DNA from: Callorhinchus milii
Taxonomy: Eukaryota
DNA length: 64,000 nt
Assembly: GCF_018977255.1 (NCBI RefSeq)
Contig: NW_024704742.1
Location: 1,552,001 to 1,616,000 of the forward strand
Reading direction: 5' to 3'
Every line of letters starts with the position of its first letter. Positions within the stretch are counted from its first letter, which is position 1. A program made the position numbers and the translations under genes. Of the stretch, positions 53,657 through 64,000 are shown in pieces. A model generated the notes under the pieces. The model saw nothing but the letters and a program-made list of their open reading frames with translations, was not told the origin of the DNA and did not search any database.

Positions 53657-54349
53657 TAGGTGAGTAGCAGAGGTACTGAAAACCTTGGGATAATGAATAC
53701 AAATTTTATGACTCAATGTGGTCTAATTTATTGTTGTGCTAACCATTGGGGGTACACACGTGCAACACAGGGAATTACATGTGGCCTTAACCACAGCATA
53801 TAACGATAATCCTTGCATTTATTGTTATTATTATTATTTGATATAGCGCCTTATCACGTCTTCGAGACGTCTCAGTATATAATTAACAACCAGTGCAAAG
53901 GATTCCAGGATAAATTCAACAGGTGAAAGTGAAAGATGTCCTATGACGACGTTTGAAAATGTGTCCCTCTCCCTCCACCCACCTTGGCTTCCACCCTCGG
54001 TCCAGGTGCCCATCAGCACTGCGAAGCACTTTAAGATGTCTCCCCAACATGAAAGGCACCGGGTGAATGTAAATTGCATTGTGCTGAAAAGTGGAAGGGG
54101 GAGTTTCTTCTTGTATAGTCACTACAGTTAATGGAAATTAGTACCGAGTACTTTGAGATGTAAAATGTAAATTACGAACGTAAAAGAAACTAATTCGCAT
54201 TAGTCACACACTTTTTTGGGTGGTGAATTGTAAAAACTTGTAAAACCATAGTAATTGCAAGTGTCAGGTGGGCATTTTCTTCATATTACATAGAAGTTCT
54301 CGTTGCAGTGGGAAAAAAAAATCCCTGGCCATAGTGACTGGTCTGGACT

Positions 54350-55444
54350 TGGAAGGGTAGACTCAGCTCTTGTTAACCCTGCAAGCCAAAGCCCTCACGG
54401 GGAGGGTGGTCCGAGCTGGACAAGCAGTGGAAAAGCTTGGCCAGACAGCGCTTTCAATGGAAACCTGTGTGGAGATTGAGTGGTTAAACTAATTACACTC
54501 CAGAAATACCCCAACGCACACGCTGGCATCCCCAAGCCTGGAGCCTTGCCAGTCTGCACTAATAACCCTCCGGAGTAAGCGTCCCGCCGGGGAGAGAGTG
54601 CGCATTCCGTTCCAATCCCCGGGAATTTCCACACGTCGGTGAGATAATAATACTGATCCTTGCATTTAATATAACGCCTTATCGCGTCGTCAAGACGTCT
54701 CAAAGCGCTTCACGGGATATACCGTAAGTCGGATTTCCTGTTTATTTTCTGTGGGCGGAACGTGGCAGACAGTTGGCGCACAGCAAGGTCCCACAAAGAG
54801 CCACGGAGCAAGGGAACAATTTTATTTGGGGGCTGGGGGCGGGGCGTGGGGGTTTGGCCAGGACATCAGGGGAGAGAAATTCCCTTCTCTTTTCGAATAG
54901 AGCCGTGGGATCTTTAACGTCCGCCTAAACCAGGCCGGCGGGATTCGGTTTGTCCTCCCTGTGAGCTTTGGATCTTCTGCAGGGTGGTGGCGGGTTTCCT
55001 CATGTGTCAGACTCCACGCTGTTTGGGCACTACTGATGATTGGCTCATCGGCGGAGTCTGGAAGGGCAGACCAGCCCCTGGGGTCGGGGAGTCATTAACC
55101 CTGGAAGCCAAAGCCCTAACTGGGAGGGTGGTCCCGGCTGGACAGGCAGCGGGAAAGCTTGGCCAGACAGCGATACCAATGGCCAAGCTATGTGCGGTCT
55201 TATCTGGTTAGACTCCAGCAGTTACCAACGCACACTCCGGACTCCCAACCCCCCCCCCACCCACCCTCCCCCCCCCCCCACCCCCCCACCACCCACCCCA
55301 AGCCTTGGCTCTCTCGCCCAAACCTGCGCCTTAATACCTCCGGGATTTCCGGGATTAGGTAAACGGCACGGGTGCCTCCGGGGAGAGGGGAGGGAGAGAG
55401 AGAGAGAGAGAGAGAGCGCATTCCATTCCAGCAAATCGATCCCC
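54350..55444 (+). repeat. Diverged direct duplication (54350-54620 and 55059-55444)
   Basis: 78-bp core ttaaccctg...ggccagacagcg with about 8 mismatches; collinear flanks. Confidence 0.85.
54643..54955 (-). mobile_element. Deu-like SINE, 3' two-thirds
   Basis: Reverse complement of tail, body and gggatctttaacgtcc core. Confidence 0.75.
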
Positions 55445-55570
55445 GTGTGGGTCGGGGTCCGGGGAACATCTCAGCTCGGTTCGGGGGCACTCGAGCGAGA
55501 AAGGTGGCGGGTTGGCCTCCCCGCGCGCGAGCGCCAGCGCGTGTCGGACAGACACCCATCGGGGGCCAAA
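55030..55570. promoter_or_regulatory. CpG/GC-rich patch, candidate promoter of the downstream gene
   Basis: Dense CpGs (ccccgcgcgcgagcgccagcgcgtgtcgg), reverse CCAAT at ~55039; no transcript evidence. Confidence 0.3.
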
Positions 55571-55649
55571 ACAACAATAATCACACACCGGTCTCACTTG
55601 GACTTGACCCACAACAACAACAACAACAACAAATAACCTCCAAAGTGCC

Positions 55650-55859
55650 AGACAGTCACAGACAGACAGACAGACACACACAGACACACACACAGACACA
55701 GACAGACACACACACAGACACAGACACACACAGACAGACACACAGACAGACACAGACAGACAGACACAGACAGACAGACACACAGACAGACACAGACAGA
55801 CACACACACACACAGACAGACAGACAGACAGACAGACACACACACACACAGACACACAC

Positions 55860-55898
<39 letters not shown>

Positions 55899-57872
55899 CA
55901 CACACAGACACATAGACAGACAGACAGACCCTGCAGCTCCCAGAGGCTCTAGGACCCAGGGAGATGGGCTGGTGGTTGGTTGGATGGGAGGAGAGGAGGA
56001 GGAGGAGGAGGAGAGAGGAGAGAGAGGGAGGGGGGGGGGGGGAGGGGGGAGATGACTGCAGTCAGTCAGAGAGGTACAAAGGCAAAGAGGTATTTACCTT
56101 TAATTCCGACCATTGGGACATTTAAACCACAAACACTCACTGACTCTCTGACTCTCTGAAGCTTCAGATGGATTCCACCTGAGAGGACAGACACAGACAC
56201 AGACAGACAGACACAGACACACACACACACAGACACAGACAGACACAGACACACACAGACACACACAGACATAGACACAGACACACAGACACAGACACAC
56301 ACACAGATACACACAGACACACACACACAGACACACACACATAGACACAGACACACACACAGACACATAGACACACACACACAGACACATAGACACAGAC
56401 ACACAGAGACACACAGACACACAGACACACAGACACACACACAGACACAGACACACAGACAGACAGACAGAGACACACAGACACACACACACAGACACAC
56501 ACAGACACACACACAGACACACACAGACACACACACAGACACACACACACACAGACACACACACAGACAGACACACACACAGACACACACACACAGACAC
56601 ACACAGACACACACACAGACACACACACACACAGACACACACACAGACACACACAGACACACAGACACACACACAGACACACACACACACACAGACACAC
56701 ACAGACACACACACAGACACACACACACACAGACACACACACAGACAGACAGACAGAGACACACACAGACACACAGACACAGCACAGACTGACGGACGGA
56801 CTGACGGGGGTTCGGGATTCCCGGGAAGCGGTCGGAGCGAAGGTAACATTGTGTCACCAAACACTGTACATTGTTTCCCGTCTGAGAGCGTTTGGGGGTT
56901 TCAGGTGGAAATGGGGGAACAGACAGTTACACACAGACACACACACAGACAGACACACACACAGACAGACACACACACACACAGACAGACAGACACACAC
57001 AGACACACACACAGACACACAGTCACACACAGACAGTTACACACAGACACACAGTCACACACAGACAGTTACACACAGACACACACACAGACAGTTACAC
57101 ACAGACACACACACAGACAGACACACACACAGACAGACAGACACACACACAGACACACAGTCACACACAGACAGTTACACACAGACACACACACAGACAG
57201 TTACACACAGACACACACAGACACACACAGAGAGTTACACACAGACACACACACAGACACACACACAGACAGACAGACACACACAGACACACAGTCACAC
57301 ACAGACAGTTACACACAGACACACACACAGACAGTTACACACAGACACACACACAGACACACACAGAGAGTTACACACAGACACACACACAGACACACAC
57401 ACAGACAGACCCACAGACAGACACACACACAGACACACACAGACAGTTACACACACTGATACAGACACACACACACAGACACACACACAGACACACAGAC
57501 AGACACATAGACACAGACACACAGACACACACACAGACACATAGACACACATACACACACACACACAGACACACAGACAGACAGACAGACAGACACACAG
57601 ACAGACACACAGACACATAGACACAGACACACAGACAGTTACACACAGACACAGACACAGACAGACACAGACACAGACACACACACAGACAGACACACAG
57701 ACAGACACACAGACAGACACAGACAGACACAGACATACACACATACACACACACAGACACATAGACACAGACACACACACAGACACACACACACTGACTG
57801 TCTACTGTATCTGTGTGTGTGTGTGTGGACACTGACAGCCTCAGCTCTCTCTCTCTCTCACACACACACACA
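55650..57872 (+). repeat. Compound (CA)n/(CAGA)n/(CAGACA)n microsatellite array in three blocks (~55650-55929, 56186-56790, 56919-57795)
   Basis: Directly visible; it generates the spurious CV/HT-rich ORFs. Confidence 0.97.
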
Positions 57873-58046
57873 TATGTATATATATATATACACTTCCTGT
57901 TTCAAATAAGACAACAGCAAAAAAAATGATATCGTCTCCTATACAGAGAGATTTATATATATATATATATATACATATAAGGCATTTGGTTCAGATGGCA
58001 GATAACCTGTCAAAGCAGAGCAGGGAACTGGTCCTACTCTGGGTAC

Positions 58047-58262
58047 CTGGTGTCACCAGCTGTGATGGGGAGGAGAGAGGAGAGAGAGAGAGAGAGAAGA
58101 GAGGAGAGAAAAGAGGAGAGAAGAGAGAGGAGAGAAGAGAGAAGAGAGAGGAGAGAAGAGAGAGGAGAGAAGAGAGAGAGAAGAGAGAGAGAAAAGAGAG
58201 AGGAGAGAAGAGAGGAGTGAAGAGAGAGAAGAGAAGAGAGAGGAGAGAAGAGAAGAGAGAGG
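58047..58262 (+). repeat. Polypurine (GA/GAA/GGA) low-complexity tract (second tract at ~58345-58404)
   Basis: About 215 nt almost entirely A/G. Confidence 0.95.
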
Positions 58263-58484
58263 ATCACATCACATCACATCAGATCCTCTCTGGATGGAGA
58301 GATTGCTTCATCCTGGCTGGGATCAAAGCGCAAGCCTGCAACACAGAGAGAGAGAGAGAGAAAGAGAGAAAGAGAGAAAGAAAGAGAGAGAGGGGAAGGG
58401 AAGGCTGAATTGTTTTACATTCAGTGTTGCGCAATTTCTTGCTCGTTTCACAAATGAGGAGCCACCTGCCTGCCCTGGCTCTCT

Positions 58485-58812
58485 AATAATAATAATATAA
58501 TAATAATAATCCTTGCATTTGCTATAGCGCTTTTTACGTCGGGAGGACGTCCCAAAGCGCTTCACAGAACACACTGTAAAGTGAATTGACTGTATGTTTG
58601 TGGGCGAACGCGGCAGCCAATTGCGCACCGCAATGTCCCACAAACAGTCGTAGATTGAAAATGACCAATTTATTATTGTTTTTGGTTTTGGAGGGATTAT
58701 TATTAGGCTCTGTGTGGAGTAAGGAAACTTGCCCAAGGTTTCGCCCTCTGCCTGGAATTGAACTCAGGTCTCTCACTTGCAAAGCGAGTGCTCTAACCAC
58801 TGAGCTACAAGA
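58485..58812 (-). mobile_element. tRNA-Ala SINE, short (young) subfamily, full length
   Basis: Near-identical reverse complement of 44929-45256. Confidence 0.95.
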
Positions 58813-61800
58813 CTACAGGACTCTGTGGCAAGGCGAGGCACCCACTGCAGAGAGAAGGGTGGGGGTGTGTGTGCGTGTGGGTGGGTGGGCGTGTGCGTGC
58901 GTGGGTGGGGGTGAAGCCTTCATGTGCAATTGGTTATTCATAGCACATGTTCCCATTGAGCTGCCAATGCCCCTTCACTCATGTACCTTCATTGGGAACA
59001 TTAGCCGCACAAATCAATCCAAACTATTCTGACAATACAGGTATTTATTATATATATATATGTATATTTAAATCCTAATGCAGGACATGGTTACCATCAG
59101 GCAGGGGAAGTGTGTTTGCTGTGGAAGGAAGGACTTTTGCTCTCTCTCCTGCTTCTTATTTGCACTTGGCATTTCTTTTTTTTTGATTGTACTTTAAACC
59201 CCCGAAGGTTTTCGCGTGGTAAGGTTCAACAGTTCCACGTTGCTTCGGCTGTGTTTTATAACTTGGGACTCAGACGTTTATAATTGGGTTGATCTGCTGG
59301 ATGTTTTTCGCCTTCTTTTGAATTATTATAATAACGACACCTTGCCACGCGTTTGTCTTTGCCGTTGAGTCTTGTGAAGCCACGCTGCTGTGGTTGAAAA
59401 GGTGCAGTTCCTGATAATTGTAAAGAAAGGTGTGTGTGTGGTTTTTTTTTTCAATTAAATTTTGCTTGGGACTGAAACACGATTTCAGCATCAACACAAA
59501 ACACAACAGTTGTTATCGCGGTCTGTGTCCTTTGGTCCTTTGGTCCTGAAATAGTTATTTGTGAGTTTTGTTGGTATCGCTTCACATTGGATTGTGTTTT
59601 CAAAGCAGTTATTGTGTAGGAGGAAAGGATTAGGGTATTTTGAAAGCTCAATCAGCATATTTCAGGACACACACACACACATATATATTATATATATATA
59701 TATAGCTGCCTATATTATGTTTCTCCAGACGTCTGTGTAATGTGGAAACCCAAAAAGAGCAACTTGCAGTTTTTTTTCCCCCCTGCATCAGCGAGGTCAA
59801 GCCGGCCGTGTAAAGCTCTTGGAAAGTGTCCTGTTGTCAAGTGTAACCCATTCCTATCTTCAAGTGCATTTCTTTGTGTGCTGCCTTGAAGCTTTGTAAC
59901 TGCTCCAGTCAGCAATATGCCGGCTGAGAGAGATAGAGTGATGTGCTCGGAATTTGTAGGAGATTAGCTGGTGACGATCACAGACCTACAGTGCAAACTT
60001 TGTTGGGTGAGAGAGACCATGGGTTTGACGAAAAGGTTCCAGTTTTAAGTCGTTATTATTTTTTTTTATTGGTTATGTTTGGTTGTCTGGTTATTTCCTT
60101 GTGCAGAATAATACCAACTGGACTGGGAATTTCACCCCTTCTGGTGTGGAGGTCAACAGATGAGTGTATAGGGAATTGTCTGAGGGCTCAGCGGTGATCG
60201 GAAATGGTATAAATCCCACCTTGTTTCAGAAAGCGGTGATGAAAAGGTCTGGCCGGTTGGCCTGATCGAACATGTATTTATTTTCCAACAAGGTACAGCC
60301 TCGGCATATATCTTACTGTTATCTCAGCTTTGTCTCAGTCGATCAAGTGAGATGTTGCTAGCCAAGGAACGAGAACATCCTCCTGAAGACCCTTTAACCG
60401 CCCAAGAAAGAAAAATGTAGCCTTTGCCTTGTGAATTGAAGTCATCAATGCGTTCGGTGTCCGAGGTTTACTGGGTTTGTAATCTTTGGCTGGGTTGCAT
60501 GTTTATGATCGAGTGAGCTTCGGGATAAGGAGATGGTGGGTGTTGAGTGGGCCCTTCGTGATGAGACTGAAATAGTCGGACGTCAGAAAAATGCCCCTTT
60601 CAATATCTTATTACCTTCTGAGCGGGTCTAACGATGTATTTCCATCTCCATGGCAATGACATATTTTAAAAGACGAATTTTTTTTAAAACCCAAACCTTT
60701 TTGGTTGGATTCATCTGATATTCAAATGTATGTTAGAAAAGTGAAACAGATGACAGCGCACTGTGTGGCCTAGGGGATAAGACACCTTGATAGAAGCAGG
60801 TGAGGGGGGGGGGAAATATTCCCATCGACTGATGTAGTGAACAGGAGTCAAAACCTTCACATTCCCAGTTTAGCTCCCAAATCCCTTACTTTTTCCAGGT
60901 ACGTTCCCACAGGTGAGACACTGCATTGGCGCCAGTCGCCAGCAATATGCTTCTGGTCACATTTTTTCTCAGGATTTAACCTCTCTTGAGATAAATCAAA
61001 AACATTGTCGATATTTTTTTTTCTTGGGAAGGATGGGGTGTGGACGGGATGTGGGTGAATAAATATTAAAAAAGGACTTTTAATTCGCGTGAAGGGCGTG
61101 CTTGGAATAAAACCATTGGGCGCTTGACATGTTGGCAGACGGAGTAGGTATGTTTTGGAATGACTTTTATTGGAGCTACAGACAAGAGTAAAGGTTGGTT
61201 TGATATTGGTGTGCGTAACACCTCAGGCAACATCTCCACATTTGGCCCCTTCCACAGCATCAATTTATCGTCTGCCAAAAAAAAAATATGGCACGTTTCT
61301 GATCAGCCCCCAAAAAAAATCCTTTTCTTTTGGATGGTAGAAAGCAATTTCTATTTTTTTAAAAAAATTTAATTCTGCTGCCAGGCATCTGAACCAACCT
61401 GCTTGGCAACCTGCTTTCATAGGAATCATCCAGATGTATTAATCATAAATAATTGTTTGCGTGTTTATGTGGGTGTGTATGTATTTCGGAGGGAGTTGTG
61501 TATTTTGGAGGAGACACAGCCTTCCTTTGTAGAGAGCGTTGAGGTTGCAGGTGTGGGACACACACTCTCTGTGTCTCTCTCTGACTGGGGCTCAGATGTT
61601 GAGTGAATCTTCACAGAAAGCAGCACCTCTAGATTTACTGTGGCCAGAAACAGACGGACAGACAGACAGACACAGACAGACAGACTTGCTTGTAAGTCGC
61701 TTTGCTGAGGGCGAGGAAGGAGATAGTTACTTGTGAACTTGTTCAACATCCACTCACTCACTAACTCACTCACTCATTCGTTATGTGAGGCGTTTTGAAT

Positions 61801-61907
61801 TCATGAGCACCTGCTATTTTGGTGCGTGGTGGCCATTTGACCCAAGGTGGGTGGGTGGGTGGGTGGGTGAATGGTTTTCATTTACACCTCTTTTTCTTCT
61901 TGCAGTA

Positions 61908-62020
61908 TTTCTTGACTGACCGATTCATTGACCGATTGATTTCTTGATTGGTTGTTTTCTTGATTGATTGATTGATTGAATTGATTGATTTCTTGACTGA
62001 TTGATTTCTGGATTTGATTT
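61908..62020 (+). repeat. Degenerate (TTGA)n microsatellite
   Basis: Directly visible. Confidence 0.8.
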
Positions 62021-64000
62021 TAATTTTAACCCCTTCAACGCCGTGCCTGCATATCCTTATCAGGAATATCCTCCCAAATCATTGCATCGGTGGAAAATTG
62101 TTGTGTTTTCCACGAGGCAACGAATAAGGATCAGCAGTCACCAAAACGTACAGTTAAAAGAATCATAACAGATGAAATACTGCCTGGGTGGAAGTCTATG
62201 TGTCTGTGTTCTCTCTCTCCCTCCCTGTATGTGTGTATGTGTGAAAGACCTTATTATATTGGATTCAGGGAGTCCAGAGGTAGTCATTTGCAGTGTGATT
62301 CTGCAGCCTATAGGATGGTGATGGTTTGAACCGAAAATTGCAATGATATACAGTACAGACACACACACACACACGCACACATACAACATACAGGCTACAG
62401 ACAGACAGACAGACAGACAAGCACACCAGAGAGAGAAACACAAGAGGGACTGACTGCCTTTCCCTGTCATCTGGTGACCATTCGCTGGTGAGGTTGTGAC
62501 TTGCTCTTCAGTCAATGTGAGCGTGTGTGTTGTGTGTGTGAGCATCCTCGTTTGGGATCATGGGGAGTGGAGGCTGAGGTCCTATTATTATTATTAGTAG
62601 TTTTTTTTTTGCATGTGATGGAGCAGGAGCTGATGAAGCTTCACTGATCTCACACACACACACACACAGAGACCGAGAGAGACTGAGCAAAGACCACAGC
62701 CACACTACTCCCTCCCACTGCAAATAACCTGCAAATTCTCTCTCCATCTCTCCATCTCCTTCTCTCTCGTTGCTAGGGAAGGCATTTTAAGGTTGGCGTT
62801 TTTTTTTAATATATATTTTATGTATATATATATATAATATATATTTATAGAATGTTTGTTTCCCCATCCCCTCCCTCCCCAGGATGGGGTATGTGAGAAT
62901 TGGGGTGTTGATAGAGATCATTTGTGATCCAGTTTTTTTTTTGCTTTCACATGAGCAGAGATCTCACGTAAGATAGAGAGACAGAGAGAGGGAGAGAGAG
63001 GCACCTGGTGTAAGCCTAGGAATGAATGAGGCAAGAACAAACAGTAAGTACCCTAATGTAATATTTCCCCTGGCAAATCCTTTGCTTAAGCTAGCTCTCT
63101 GATTGCTAACCATAAGGTTAATTCTGTTTGCAATGTGTTGCTATGGTTTCCTTATATATGTGGTTTTTTTTTAGGGTTGATTTTTTTTTTACCTAATCAT
63201 TGCTGTAGCCTTGATTATTCCAATAACCCCTAACTCAATCCCTTCCCCTCCCTCCCGCCCTACAATTTGATGCTCAGTGAAATGATGGAGCAGGTGAGGT
63301 TGGACTGTGGCGAATTTATCTGTCACTTGTTATTTGCAAATATTTTACTTGCTAACGTAGGGCCAAATGCCTCTGTGGTTTCAGTAGGGTGTTTTTATTG
63401 GTGCTGCTTCTCTGCAGTACTTGGTGTTTGTATCGCTTTTGTTTTCTCTCTCCCCCCCTCTCTCTCTCTCTCTATATATATATGAATGGATTCAATATTG
63501 TATGCGCTTCACTACATTCCTTTATGAATCCCTGAAGTTTCCTTGCGTGTGTACCACGTCAATAAAACCTCCTCCAGCGTTTTTTTTTGTAAAAAAAAGG
63601 TCTGACTTCTTGTAATTCTCTGCACTAGTTATCTAACACGTTATGCATTCAAGGCAAGGCACAGAGAGACTCGAGTTCAGATTGGGTGGGTGAGAGTGTG
63701 GGTGGGGGTGTGGGGTGGGGAAAGAGGATGTAATTATTGTTTTGCAAAAGAACAAAAGCACATAACGTATTAAATATGTACAGCGCTCGTAACCCATTGA
63801 TTGCCAATAGACCATTATCTATCACCCTTTGGACCCGCTGCAGGCTCTTCAGCCTATTCATTAGCAATTATGGACGAGAGCACTTATTGTTTGAAGGAGT
63901 GCCATTTAGAATCTGTCAATAACTCCAGTCAAGCTGCCTGTTGAGCGAAACGTCGGACAGACTGATAACCATACAGAAAAGATAAGGAGCTGTCTGAGTG

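Noticed and set aside
55355..58408. Many long ORFs (160-264 aa) rich in CV, HT, TD or ER
   Set aside because: Translations of microsatellite and polypurine tracts that lack stop codons
1..64000. CRISPR arrays, operons, endogenous viral or transposase ORFs
   Set aside because: No repeat-spacer periodicity and no ORF with recognisable viral, transposase or prokaryotic motifs; the sequence is intron-exon vertebrate DNA

Overview
This is vertebrate genomic DNA, most likely a cartilaginous fish, possibly a chimaera; that is inferred from the SINE/LINE repertoire and is not proven. The first 25 kb holds the last six coding exons of a multimerin-1 (MMRN1) orthologue on the + strand: C-terminal half of the EMI domain, a 2007-bp coiled-coil exon, an EGF exon and a gC1q exon. 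All splice sites are GT-AG and phase-compatible (about 981 codons), followed by a probable ~2.9-kb 3' UTR. Exons 1-2 lie upstream of the window. The remainder is non-coding and rich in retroposons: a tRNA-Ala-headed SINE family (two subfamilies), older Deu-domain-like SINEs, and L2- and CR1-clade LINE fragments. It also holds several unclassified foldback/MITE-like inverted repeats. Near 54-58.5 kb are a diverged local duplication, a CpG-rich patch, a ~2.2-kb compound CA/CAGA microsatellite array and a polypurine tract, possibly the 5' region of the next gene (CCSER1 by mammalian synteny; unproven). I found no convincing wholly new biological system. The most interesting signals are the modular SINE-L2 partnership with a shared 3' hairpin, the nested and inverted insertions, and the palindromic elements.
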